64,000 nt of DNA from Salisapilia sapeloensis CBS 127946 (lineage: Eukaryota; Protista; Oomycota). Location: NCBI GenBank assembly GCA_023334545.1, contig JAADVB010000038.1, forward strand, positions 38,952-102,951, in the 5' to 3' direction. The notes beneath the pieces are model-generated. The model worked only from the letters and a program-made list of their open reading frames with translations. It had not been told where the DNA came from and made no database searches. The position numbers were made by a program, and so were the translations under genes. Of this stretch, positions 21,341 through 32,719 are shown in pieces; position 1 is the stretch's first letter, and every line of letters starts with the position of its first letter.

Positions 21341-24300
21341 TGGAGGACGTGCCGCGTGCTGACGGTCTTCCTGCGTCCATGGACGGTAGTGGACTAGAAG
21401 ACGATGGCGCGGAGTGTCGTGTGTGTCGTGGAGAAGCAGTACGTTCTTACATATCGTATCTCAATCGTATTGAAAATGGATTCATCGTGTGCTCTAGGAA
21501 CCCGGTCGACGTCTCTTCGCTCCATGCAAATGTAGTGGTAGCATCCGCTTTACCCATGACGATTGTCTCGAGCAATGGCTTGAGCACTCGAACAAGAGCT
21601 TTTGCGAATTGTGCGGACACGAGTTCCAGTTCAAGCCTCTTTACGATGAAAACGCACCAGCGGTGCTACCGTGGTCCGAGCTCTTTTCGACCATGTTTGG
21701 TCTCGTTTTCACTCGTTACGTTCCGTACTTGTTCCGTGTCTCGCTCGTTATCATCATGTGGCTCGGCTTTGCGCCGTGGGTCACGAGTTGGTTCTATCGC
21801 ATGTGGATGCTCCGTGCGTCGGCGATGAGTCAAGTGGATTTCACCCAGCCTTCGCGTGTCCTGTCGGACATTTACGCCGGCATCATCCTTGTTGCTCTAA
21901 TCATCTTTTCCTTCCTCGCTCTCATGTCTTTCGCCGACTTCCTCCGCTTCCATCTCGACGAACTCGATGCGGACTCCCAGGAAGCACAAGAACCTGTGCG
22001 TCCTCGAAACATCCCGGAAGGTCCTGTTCAACAGCAGATGTGGGAGGATGGAGACAGTGACGACGAATGGCAGGAAGAGGAGCAAGCGGAGGACGTCGCG
22101 AATCGACAAGATGCTCGTCCGCCTCCTCCGCCGCCGAATAATAATCAAGAATGGGATGATGATATGGGGAATATGGAAATCAACATTGATGTGGAAGAGC
22201 TGCTGGGTGTCCGAGGTGACATTGTCGTCCTCTTCCGGAATGTCTCGTGCCTCGTGGCGTTCAACGGCGCCTACCTCGGTCTCTTCGCCTTCATCCCCTA
22301 CACACTCGGCAGCACCATCCTCGCAGGCTTCACACGCCTTGTCCTGTCGTTTCCTATGCTCGAGACTGGTGTGAACACCTTGTCGTCCGTCATCCAGACG
22401 TACGAGACGCCGCATCCAGGCAGCTGGCGCTTCCTCGCGGCTTTCACCGGTCGAAAGCTCTTGGAGAGCATGGAGTCTGCGAATGCTAATGGTGACTGTC
22501 TTCGTCTCATTGACTTTTGCACCTGTATTGCTGGTTTGTTGTCCATTTGCTCCACGATCGTCCTCTGGCGTTTCGTCGTGAAGCGTATCGCCAAGTACGT
22601 CGATCGTCCGGTCTTGTCCGGTCTGCTCTGGGCCTTGAGGTACTTAACAGCTATCGTCAAAGTCTCGACGCTCTTGATCCTCAAGATGATGGTGCTTCCC
22701 ATCGTCCTCGGCCTCGGCATCGACTTTGCGACGCTCCAGTTGTTCGAAGCGACAGCAGAGGAACGCGTCGAGTTCTTCATGACGTACATGCTCGGCACGT
22801 TACTCTTGCATTGGGTGCTCGGCATCACCTTTATGCTCTTTGTCACTGTCGCTGTGCTCCATCTGCGTGAAGTCATGCACCCGGACATTCTGTCTAAGGT
22901 CATTCGACCACAGGAGAACCATCCAGACCTCTTGCGGACCTTGTTGAGCGAGCGATGGGGCAAGCACATTCGTCGTATGATGCTGTCTCTAGCCATCTAC
23001 ACTGCTCTCCTCGTCGTCCTCGTCCATCTTCCTGTCCGAACTGCTCATGCTCTTTTGCCATCCTTGTTCCCTCTCGTCATCCGTCTTCAGTACTTCCAAA
23101 AGGACGTCCAAGTGCCACTTGAGCTCTTGGCCGTCCACTTTGTCGTGCTCGCGGTCTTGGAACTGACGAAGAACCAGATCGGACGCTTCCAGCATATTGC
23201 GATTAAACACTCTTGTCAGCTCCTTGGTCTCTCCGACTACCTTCTCCCGCGTATCCCCAAAGTCCGTCGATCCCACCGTCGTGGACAGCAACCGGCAGAT
23301 GTCCATATCCTCCCTCCTCCTCCACTCCACTTCCACCCGCTCGTACGTCTGCCGCCAGACCAATTACGTGTACAAGGTCGACGGTACGTCCCGTGGCCGG
23401 AAGAAGGCGTGGAGTACCCGCAGCCGATGGAGTTTGACCTCCTACCACGTAGTCGACCTACTTACCTCTGGCTGCGTCTCTCTGGTCTCTTCCTCATTGG
23501 CTGGATGCTCTGTGTCATGGTCCTAAGCATCGCTCTCTTCGCCACGCTCTGGATCGGTCGTGTCAGCACACGTCCATTCGAGCGTCTCACGGGCATCGAG
23601 CACGACCCGCTCGCCTTTGCTGCTGGCGTCGAGATCGGCGCGTCCCTCCTGCAGGCGCTGCATGCACTCAATCGCTTGACTCTTCCGAGAAAAGCGATCG
23701 ACTCGTCTCTTCTACGACGTGGCTATGGCGTCCGGAACCTAACGCCATGGAATGGTGTCCTTGCGGCCGTCGGATGGGGCTTCGTAGCGCCCATGATGAC
23801 CGGACATGTTGTCCATGCTGTCTTCCCTGCCGCTAAGTGTTCTCTCCACGAGATCTTCTGGCTCGGCTACTTGCTCTTCAACACTTGTTCCTGGCTCTTG
23901 TGTGCCTTCCGATCGCGCCATCGAGCACAGCACGCTCGGCAGCGACCTCCGGAAGGAGACATGTGGGCCGTGATGGAAGAGCTGGAGCAGGAGGAAGAAG
24001 AGGAGTTTCTGAATGAGATGCAAGTGGAGGAAGACGAGGTCGAGGTCCAGACGGAAGCCGAGGAAGACTTTGTATCGGCCTTTCGACGTGTCTATCGGCA
24101 AGTCCGCTTCACGGTGCATGTCCATGAAAGCGATGCCGTGCGACTGCGTGATGATGATCTGCGAGACAAGTGTCTCGACGTGCGTTACTTTGTCAAGCAA
24201 GTGCTTGTACCGATCTTGACGTTTTTACTCTGCATGTTGCTCGCACCGACCTTGTTGTCGTTCGTGACGCTGTTTCTAGTCGCGGATGCATCTAGTCTTG

Positions 24301-24458
24301 AGAAGACGTCGTTTGCGATCACGGCGTTGGGTCTCGTGTCGGGATATGTCTTGATCTGGTCTCACAAGCGCGTGAGTCGATGGCTGGCGAATGTGTGCGA
24401 GTCCATTCGGAATGAACGGTACTTGATCGGACGACAGTTGCAGGATATGGCGAGATAG
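21328..24458 (+). CDS. MARCHF6: E3 ubiquitin ligase MARCH6/Doa10 (RINGv + multi-TM, ERAD)
   Basis: Intron 21439-21497 joins CRVCRGEA to EPGRRLFAPCKCSGSIRFTHDDCLEQWLEHSNKSFCELCGHEF (C4HC3 RINGv). TD-domain-like HWVLGITFM...LREVMHPDIL, many TMs, and C-terminal IRNERYLIGRQLQD. Confidence 0.92.
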
Positions 24459-24840
24459 ACGAATACAGAGAATGGCAAATTGTATCATGCAAGTCTTATT
24501 TGGCATCAATCGGATGGAGGTAGAAGGGATATCATATCCTGCAGACACTTAGTAGACTGTAGGGATACATGGTAAATCGGTCATCTAGCATACTTTAATC
24601 AATATATTTTCTGGAAAGAGTCTATTGCTACTGTTCCAATCTGAGTATAACTTCAAGGACACGAGGTGAGCTACACGAGGGCGCATCGTATTCGATCTGC
24701 TTCGATTCGAGGTAGATAGGCCATGAATGACGGTGATGTAGTAACTTATATGCGATTGCACGGTAGATACGAGCTTGGAACGGTCGTCCAACTTTACTGT
24801 CATTCTTGTAAAAGGCCGTTGCTACATATATCACACAGAC

Positions 24841-26548
24841 ATGAGGAAGGTCGTATCGGACGTGGCTCTGCCCAAGGGACTGCACTCGGAGAGAATCAAG
24901 TGGCTGTATGAAGGTGGTGCAGCAGGAGCAGATACCAAGGCTGCTGACTTGAAAGGATATCATCTACTCTACTGGATGCAGACGTCCATGCGAACACGTT
25001 ATAATTATGCTCTCGGTACCTCTTCTCCACTACTTTGTTATATACTTTATTCATGGCCATTGGATAGAGTACTCGATTGCGATTGCGAATGCATTAAAGC
25101 TACCTATACACGTGGTCTATTTTTTCAGTGACAAGAGCGTCGCGCCAGATCTGTCTGGTGACGACGCTACTAGCGCTCCGAAAGACCATGCCAATGCGTA
25201 CGGTTTCGCTACGCATCGTCATGCGTCCTTTGCTCTCCAAGGTCTTTCCAACGTCCATGACGGTCTAAAGCAGCGTGGCATCGACTTTCAAGTCTTGCTC
25301 CACCAGCGAAAGCAAGACGACAGCTCCTCTCGTAGTGATTTCTTGCAGCAATGTGCCAAGAACGCAGCTGTGGTCGTTACCGATCGCACGTACCTGCGTC
25401 CGAGTGTTGAGTCCATGGAGGAATGCGTTAATATAGCCGAGTCAAACGAGTCGTTTTGGGGACTAGTCCAAGTGGAAGGGGATGTCGTGGTACCAGTAGA
25501 CACGGCGAGTCCAAAGGAAGAGTATGCGGCTCGTACGATTCGATCTAAAATCGATAAACAGACAAAAAAGTTCATGAAAGAGTTACCAGAGCTCGAGGTA
25601 GATAGCGAGTGCCAGACACTTGAGAAACCTTTAGAAGTAGACTCTAGTACGACAGTGCTGGATGTAAGTGACATGGAGCGTTTACCGATGGATCAACTCG
25701 ACGTGGACGCAAGTGTGAAGGCGTTCGAGGGTTTCACTGGCGGCCAAGACGCTGCTCAAGTCACCCTAGAAGAGTTCATCTCGGACAAGCTCAAGGGCTA
25801 TGCAGACGATCGCAACGAACCTGCGAACAACGCATCGAGCCACTTAAGTCCCTATCTGCACTACGGCCACATTAGTCCCGTGGACATCGCGTTGGAAGTC
25901 CAGCATCAACCGACGAGCACGAGAGCAGGGAAGGAAGCGTTCTTGGAAGAGATGATTGTACGTCGAGAGCTAGCGTATAACTTTATCCGGTACAATAATG
26001 AGCACTACGACTCGTTGGAAGGCATACCGAACTTTGCAAAGCAGACGCTGAAGGACCATGAAGACGATGAACGCGTGACGATCTACTCTCTCGAGCAGAT
26101 TGAAAAGGCACAGACGTACGATGCGTACTGGAACGCAGCGCAATTAGAGGTCGTTGCCGGTGGATCTATGCACGGGTACATGCGTATGTACTGGGGCAAG
26201 AAGATCCTCGAGTGGACGCAGTCACCTGCCGAAGCATTCAAACGCGCCTTGTATCTGAACAACAAGTATGCTGTCGATGGTCCAGACCCAAACTCGTACA
26301 CTGGTATCGCATGGGTGTTTGGGAAGCACGATCAAGGGTGGCAGGAGCGTCCAGTCTTTGGTAAAGTCCGATACATGAACGAGACTGGTCTCAAGCGCAA
26401 GTTCCGCATGAACGACTATATCAGTCGCGTGAATGAACTCGTAAAAGTTTCTGGCATCAATGCACCGACGATCCAAGTACCAGCAAGTGGGAAACGTTCT
26501 ACCACGTCAAAAACCAAAAGCAGTAAGAAGCAAAAGACACTAGACTAG
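24841..26548 (+). CDS. phr: Class II CPD DNA photolyase
   Basis: LLYWMQTSMRTRYNYAL (intron 25016-25067), SHLSPYLHYGHIS, FLEEMIVRRELAYNF, MHGYMRMYWGKKILEW, YAVDGPDPNSYTGIAWVFGKHDQGWQERPVFGKVRYMN. Inr-like TCATTC about 40 bp upstream. Confidence 0.95.
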
Positions 26549-26637
26549 GTCTACAGACAAGTAGCTAGGAATGTCTAGACACAACGAACAAGGCAGTTGA
26601 CTGTGTATCCAACCCATACTTATGTTTTTCCCCTCTC

Positions 26638-29526
26638 TTACTTTTTCAATCCCTTAAGCATCTTCTGCCGACGCCCTGTCGAAAGCTTGTTCTGTGCCAA
26701 GAACGGCGCCTGGATGCTGTTGAACTTTTCATCGTTCCCGCCAGTATTATTCAACCCGCGACGGTCCTGCGTCATAAAGCTTCGGTTCATCCCGCCGCTG
26801 TGGGAAGCTGCCAGTGGTGGCGCCGGAGCCTGCGGCTGTCCTCGCCACGAAGCTTGCGGCGGACCTGGCGCCGGTGGAGGTGACTGCTGTCGTTTCCACG
26901 ACTGCTGTGGCTGTTGTGGCGGGGGTTGGTGTTGTGGCGGAGGTGGATGGTGCTCCGAGTGTCCCATGCTCGTGTTGGCGAGTGGTCGCTGCGACAAGTT
27001 GCCTCGGGACTGGAACTTGAGCGTAAGTGGCTTAGGCATGTTCTTGAGCATACTCATGACGTCTTCAAATGACCTCTCGTTACCATGTACGCTCTGTCCA
27101 TCGACCGAGACGAGGCAGTCGTTCAGGACGGAATCCGGGAGATGGGCAGAGCTACCAGAGCCCGTTACGCGTGTGATGTACGGGTACTCGCAGTACTGAT
27201 CCGCAGCACGTAGCGACAATCCTAGAGGTGTATTCTGCTGCCAGACGACATTGTAGAACTGCGTAGCTTCATCTCTCGACGGTCGACGGCCAGTGGATGG
27301 CGAGTCGGAAAGTCGTCCAGCAGACGATTGGGAAGCACTTGTGCGATTGCTCTTGCGGAAATGCAGATTGACTGGTCGTGGCATGTGTTTCAAGTGGTTG
27401 ACAATGTCGCCAAAGACGAGACGCGTGCAGTCAATGTCATTAATGTAGAGCAAGACATCTCCGACACAGTCTTGAGATAATTGGGACGCAGCGCCTTGGC
27501 CGGACAGACGTTTGATGTACGCTCCGCAGTTCGGGAGCATGTCAATCGTCAGTCCGAGCGGTCCATTCCCCCACTGGACAGAGTACATGTCCGATGGTGG
27601 CTGTGGAGCAGGTGTGTCGTCCATACTGGCACTCGTCTCTCGTGGTGGGACACTGACGCTAATGGATTGCGAGTGGTGGCTACTACGCGAGCTCGTGGAT
27701 CGAGCCAACGACGGTTTACTAGCAGATGCAGGCATGGCATTCGTCGCGTCATCGGACAGTGCCGATCGGAAGCGTAAAACGATGGGTTTGGGTGTACTCT
27801 TGAGGAACTCGACGACCTTTTCAAACTGCATGCCCGTGGTTCTCGTTTCGTTCATGCTTTCTAAAAAGTCACCGACTTGAGCCCGTTCAATACCTTTCGA
27901 GGCACCAGTCCCTGTGACTTTTTTAATCACCGGGAGCTCATTGTCTTGAAAGCCCGGGATGATCGTAAGACCTAATGGACCTTCCGCCCAATGGATCTTA
28001 TAGGAGCTCGGTCGAGACATGCTTGAATTCGCGACGCTTTCTCGAAACGGACGACTTTCGACCACTGCTTCCGGCCGACTCACTTCCATCGTTGGCGCCT
28101 CTGGTTTCTTCTCACTTTCAGCATCGACTTCTGGCCCACCAACACCTCGGAAACGTAGTTTCGCAGGTAATTGGACTTTTTTCAAGATCGACATGGATAG
28201 AGAACAACCGAGTTGGATCGTATCGATGTTGTTGATCGCCACGAGGACGTCGCCGATGCTAATGTTCTGCTTGACAGCAACGGAGCCTCCCTTCTTTGTC
28301 AGTCGATTCACGATCGGGATCTTTTGGTTCGTACAATCGTCTTTGAGCGTCACACCGAGTGGGCCGTTCGTCCACGTGACGACGTAGTCATGCACGCGGT
28401 CATTCTCCGGGTCTTCAGCTTCGAATTTGAAGACGAGAGGCGAAGCGAAAGCAGCAAAGACGTCGTTTAAATCTTCTTCACACTCGACCGAGGAGTCGAT
28501 GACACGCCCATTGACAGACAAGAGGACATCTCCTGGCACGATGTGACAGAAGGATTCATCTGCGTCGACTTCCTCGACCTTGTTCCAGATGCCGGATCGG
28601 TCGTTCTTGGAGAATTGGAGCTTGGGGAGGTAACTGTGTTTCCATACGACGACTCGTAAAGCTTCAAAGGATCGACAGGCGTTATTCCACGACGACTCTT
28701 TCGAACCACTACGCGCTCGATCGTCGGATGTCGCGATCCCTTCGGCGTTTCCACTCGTAAAGGACGAATTTTCCTTTTCTTCTGCCTGTGGATTCGCCAT
28801 CGTGTTGCCCATCTCCTTTTGCATCGTTTCTAGGAGGTCGGCCTTCGCTTGCGGATCGACGTTGCCCGCTTTTTTCGCAAAGTCTTTCATGAACGCAGAG
28901 CTTGACATCTCACTTTGGAAGTGTTCTCGCATTTCCATGATAATCCGATTCATCTCTTCATCTCGCCAATTCGCTTTCTCTTCTTTCATACGTTGTTCAA
29001 TAGCAGTCGCGATCCGATTCTCTTCTTGCTTTTTCAATCGCTTAAGGATCTTTTCTTCAATCCGTTTTTCCACCTCTGCATCGACTGCAGTGACACCTCC
29101 TTCCGCTTTCTCCGACGATCCAGAGCGGCCGCTTAACGTACGTTTAGACTTGGTCCGTCCGCCCTTGCCTTTTCCCTTCTTCTTGGATGTCTTCTTCGGC
29201 TTGACTTCCTCCTCTTCCGATGAAGAGCTCGAGTCTTCTTCCCCATCGTCCGTCTCATACTCATCTGAGTCCGAGAACTCTTCATACTCGTCTGAATCTG
29301 ATTCCGAGTCCGAGTCATTAAACTTAGAGCAGCGCAAGTTTCGACAGCGCAGTCGATGGGCCGACGCGTGGTTCATGTTACACTCTCTCGAGCAGTAAAA
29401 GACTTCACCACATCCACTCATGCAAGGGATTTTCGCACCGTCGGCACCACAATTCGCACATGGCTCCATGCTCTGGAGTGCCATGAGTAAATCGTCGTCA
29501 TCATCATCGTAATTGGTTTTGCCCAT
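26638..29526 (-). CDS. MYND zinc finger + about five PDZ-like domains scaffold protein
   Basis: zf-MYND: CANC...C..GC.EVFYCSRECNMNHASAHRLRC. PDZ loops WTNGPLGVTL, WAEGPLGLTI, WGNGPLGLTI and WQQNTPLGLSL, each followed by GD/ND.L..(I/V/M)(N/D). A fifth, degenerate PDZ contains IVPGDVLLSVNG. P/Q-rich tail. Confidence 0.85.
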   Translation of the reverse strand: MGKTNYDDDDDDLLMALQSMEPCANCGADGAKIPCMSGCGEVFYCSRECNMNHASAHRLRCRNLRCSKFNDSDSESDSDEYEEFSDSDEYETDDGEEDSSSSSEEEEVKPKKTSKKKGKGKGGRTKSKRTLSGRSGSSEKAEGGVTAVDAEVEKRIEEKILKRLKKQEENRIATAIEQRMKEEKANWRDEEMNRIIMEMREHFQSEMSSSAFMKDFAKKAGNVDPQAKADLLETMQKEMGNTMANPQAEEKENSSFTSGNAEGIATSDDRARSGSKESSWNNACRSFEALRVVVWKHSYLPKLQFSKNDRSGIWNKVEEVDADESFCHIVPGDVLLSVNGRVIDSSVECEEDLNDVFAAFASPLVFKFEAEDPENDRVHDYVVTWTNGPLGVTLKDDCTNQKIPIVNRLTKKGGSVAVKQNISIGDVLVAINNIDTIQLGCSLSMSILKKVQLPAKLRFRGVGGPEVDAESEKKPEAPTMEVSRPEAVVESRPFRESVANSSMSRPSSYKIHWAEGPLGLTIIPGFQDNELPVIKKVTGTGASKGIERAQVGDFLESMNETRTTGMQFEKVVEFLKSTPKPIVLRFRSALSDDATNAMPASASKPSLARSTSSRSSHHSQSISVSVPPRETSASMDDTPAPQPPSDMYSVQWGNGPLGLTIDMLPNCGAYIKRLSGQGAASQLSQDCVGDVLLYINDIDCTRLVFGDIVNHLKHMPRPVNLHFRKSNRTSASQSSAGRLSDSPSTGRRPSRDEATQFYNVVWQQNTPLGLSLRAADQYCEYPYITRVTGSGSSAHLPDSVLNDCLVSVDGQSVHGNERSFEDVMSMLKNMPKPLTLKFQSRGNLSQRPLANTSMGHSEHHPPPPQHQPPPQQPQQSWKRQQSPPPAPGPPQASWRGQPQAPAPPLAASHSGGMNRSFMTQDRRGLNNTGGNDEKFNSIQAPFLAQNKLSTGRRQKMLKGLKK

Positions 29527-30476
29527 GTCGTTCTATACTTGATTCAAGTCTTCTTACGTCCTCTCTCTTTTTCCTTTACAAAAGTCTACTCGGAGGGACG
29601 TAGGAACAAAGGTACTAGTGCAATGTCCAGATAGCTGTCGACGAGAGCACTAGTCGCTTTCGCCTCAACTGCGCTTCTCGGTTGTGAGCAAACGCTGCGA
29701 TGTCGCGCTGGCGCTGGCTGTCTCGCATTCATACTAATTAAAGTATACATGCTGGATGCGACTGCGTGATTGGTCGAGGCGACGTGGCACTTCGATGGTA
29801 CGTTTCCGGATATTTTTGAGATGGGTACACTCGAGGTTACGATGGGAGTATGGGCGGATGGAGAGCGAGTATAGTGGCGAGAGGAGCGAGTTGCGTCCAC
29901 TACTGTCAATCTTCTGCTTGCATCCGTAGTCGTGTGTGCTCGTGATGACGAATACACTGTCACGTGTGTAGCATCGTTGCATAGCCATCACGACTGGATT
30001 GTTACCTACATGGCATGTCGTCTGGACAGCATGACCGGTGGTGGGTGCACGAGGAAGTGATGAAGAAACAAGAGTAGGTGCGAAAATATAATTACTACAG
30101 TTAAAGTTCCATGTCGCGGACCTCGAACGAAGATGACCATGTCTGCTCATATCACGAGGACCACAAGCTGTGCTCCATGCCATGCACAGATGCACGTTTT
30201 CGTTCGCGTGTATCCAGCTGGGGTCGCGCCGTTGATACCGCAGCTCTAGGACTGACGTTAGATCTGTGATATTCGCCTACGTATATACGAACGCACTCTA
30301 AGCGCCGACAGAGCTCCATTAGTGACTCTGCTTGCGCGCCAGGAGAAGGAGACCGACAAGAGCAAGAGCAACGTTAGCACCCAGAAACTTATGTGTCAGC
30401 TGCTGCCAACGACGAGGCTTACTTGTACTCGACGCTTTGATCTACAGACCGTTAGATGACAGCATTCACGTCTTGC

Positions 30477-32546
30477 TCATCCGCATACTACCTTTTGTTC
30501 CTGCTCTTGATAAATAGCTAGCTCTTCCTGCAGTCGCTGTATCTCATTTGCTTGTACTGTATTCTGTTTGTTCGCCACTTCCAACTGGGTCTCCAATTCC
30601 TGCTTTAGCTTCTCAAGGTTCATGCACTCAGTGCAAGTCGCACGTGACAATTGCGAGTCTGACCAGTTCTGTACGTTCAATATCGTTGCTTCTAGTTCGT
30701 CTTCCACGAGCTGTAGCTGCTTCTCTAGCTCCCTCGCCGGCGATTCGCCAATCTCATCCACTATACTCGCTTTCTCTTCCTTGGCCTGAAGCTGAGTTTC
30801 CAGCTCTCGAATACGTGCTGTCGCCTTCTCTAGTGCTACTTGTCCGTCGGTCTTGGAGATCGACGGCGTGTGCAAGCGCAGGCTTGGACCTTTGACTCTA
30901 CGAGGGGACGATTCTGGTCGCTCTGCTTGGTCCGCAAGGTGCCCGAGGATCGATGAGGAGCGACTTTCGACCTGGTTCGACACGCTTTCCAGCATCCCTT
31001 CCTCCTCTTCTTCTGTGCCGATATGCCTATTCTCTGACAGGTGGGAGACCTGGTCGCCACTCGAGGTAGAGTCTACGCTTAGACAGTCGTCGTGTGGACA
31101 CGAGAACGTCGTGATGTCCGTTTCTCGTTTCGTATCTTTCGTTCTTGTCTCAATTTGCAATTGGGAGACGAGTCGCCGGACCTGATTGGCATGGGAAGCA
31201 CGGCGCTGCTCTATATTAACTTTAGCGTACGACTCGATCGTTCGACCTCTCTCGATACTACGTAGCGTTGCGGCACTTTCATTGTAGCTCGTACAAGCTG
31301 GACTTACATTCGCGAGCATGAACGTCTTGGCGTTACCACCAAGATAGTCCTTTAGTAGTCTCGTCAGCACTGCATTCCTGTACGGAATAAAGGTCGATTG
31401 AGCACTTTTGCCTTGACTTGGGTGGTGCGCCAATGCCGCAATGACGTCGGTTAGTGTCGTCAATGACTTGTTCACGACCCGAGACTCGCGACCGGTGTTC
31501 CCTCGGACATCCGCTTTTTCACTTCCAGCAAGGTCCACGAGGCATACTTTGCTTCTCTTCATCGTGTCTTCTCCGACTCGTTGCGAAAGGTGGAGCGTGA
31601 GGATAGCATGCGATCGAGAAGAACGAGGATTCTTTCTCGTAGCTGCGGTGGATCGATTCTGGTGACCAGCAAGGACGAGGTCCTTTAGCTCCTGGAAACT
31701 CGTTACACGTTGCCGAGTCACGTGCTCAATAAAGACTCCCGTCGTCGGGTGTTCACGCACCCGAAGGGCTTGTCTTGACTCGCTCTTGGATAATAAATCG
31801 TAGACATGTTCTTGGAATATCTCGACGTAGGTCACATCCAGTGTATATGTCTCTAGTTGTTCGAATAGTGCAGCACCGATACGTAGGATGAGACCTCGGT
31901 GCTTTGGTATGGCTGCTTGTTCATCTGTGGAAGGCCCCTCTGCTTCTTTCACACGTTCACTACCGAGCATCGTGTACGTCTTCCCTGCACCAGTTTGACC
32001 AAATACAAGACATGCGCAGTTGTACCCTTCTATCGCTGCCTTTGTTACGTCTAAACCGATTGCGTCGTACACGTCTTCTTGACTCGCAGAAGGCGGGAGG
32101 AGATGATCGAACTCGAACTGATGCACGTATCGAGGTGGTATACGCACTGGCGGTGGCGTGCATTTCGTACCGGATGCCTTGATAGACACTGGTACTCGAG
32201 CCGGCAAGGCTGCTGGATTGGTAATACGAACCGATTGGCTATCTTTCACATCCATATCAATGATACAGCGGCATCCTCGGCGCTTCTCCGCTGTTGTCAT
32301 CGGCCGTAGCCGGGCAGCGGTAACCACGTTCGTCTTCCTCGCTACCGCCGTTTCCATCGAGTAGACACTTCCATCCATCTCCTCGTCATACTCACTCCCG
32401 ACAACAGTCGACTCATCTTCAAACAACTCATCCTCTTGGTTACTAGTACTCTCCATCTTGTCTATCACTCTTACGCTGATATCAACGCCTTCGTCAGACA
32501 CTATTTTCGTCACGTAAGATCTTGTAACGGGTGATATCTTCAGCAT
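30477..32546 (-). CDS. Kinesin motor protein, kinesin-3-like (start at 32546 or 32456)
   Basis: VVTAARLRP, P-loop GQTGAGKTYTM, LRVREHPTTGVFIE, switch I NPRSSRSHA, switch II DLAGSEK, IPYRNAVLTRLLKDYLGGNAKTFMLANVSPA, C-terminal coiled coils. Confidence 0.9.
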   Translation of the reverse strand: MLKISPVTRSYVTKIVSDEGVDISVRVIDKMESTSNQEDELFEDESTVVGSEYDEEMDGSVYSMETAVARKTNVVTAARLRPMTTAEKRRGCRCIIDMDVKDSQSVRITNPAALPARVPVSIKASGTKCTPPPVRIPPRYVHQFEFDHLLPPSASQEDVYDAIGLDVTKAAIEGYNCACLVFGQTGAGKTYTMLGSERVKEAEGPSTDEQAAIPKHRGLILRIGAALFEQLETYTLDVTYVEIFQEHVYDLLSKSESRQALRVREHPTTGVFIEHVTRQRVTSFQELKDLVLAGHQNRSTAATRKNPRSSRSHAILTLHLSQRVGEDTMKRSKVCLVDLAGSEKADVRGNTGRESRVVNKSLTTLTDVIAALAHHPSQGKSAQSTFIPYRNAVLTRLLKDYLGGNAKTFMLANVSPACTSYNESAATLRSIERGRTIESYAKVNIEQRRASHANQVRRLVSQLQIETRTKDTKRETDITTFSCPHDDCLSVDSTSSGDQVSHLSENRHIGTEEEEEGMLESVSNQVESRSSSILGHLADQAERPESSPRRVKGPSLRLHTPSISKTDGQVALEKATARIRELETQLQAKEEKASIVDEIGESPARELEKQLQLVEDELEATILNVQNWSDSQLSRATCTECMNLEKLKQELETQLEVANKQNTVQANEIQRLQEELAIYQEQEQKVVCG

Positions 32547-32719
32547 CCACCTTTTTATTTCTAAGAATAAAATGCAGTCACGTCGGTGCATAAAGTACTC
32601 GATCGATCTACATGGCCAACGTACTCGTCCATCGTTCCAAGTTTCCAACCTACATTATCTCTGAATGTTGGTCACTCTACCTTGAGAATAAACACAAAAC
32701 GCACATTAATTAGTACGAA

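Noticed and set aside
24585-24963. 111-aa minus-strand ORF and 118-aa plus-strand ORF before the photolyase
   Set aside because: The plus ORF is photolyase exon 1 read into its intron; the minus ORF is antisense to it and has no recognisable motif.
26597-27199. Cys/Gly-rich 200-aa plus-strand ORF that looks metallothionein-like
   Set aside because: It is the antisense reading of the P/Q-rich tail of the MYND-PDZ gene.
29586-30330. Moderately GC-rich 750-bp gap with 125- and 153-aa minus ORFs and a stop-interrupted plus frame
   Set aside because: No homology or motif recognised and no convincing splice model; I cannot support a gene, pseudogene or readthrough.
32547-32648. ORF-track N-terminal extensions from TTG/GTG starts (kinesin, also UTP20 46209, CFAP43 57775, SAM protein 36550, Kelch gene 14278)
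   Set aside because: Non-ATG starts are artefacts of a prokaryote-style ORF caller; ATG or spliced starts fit better.
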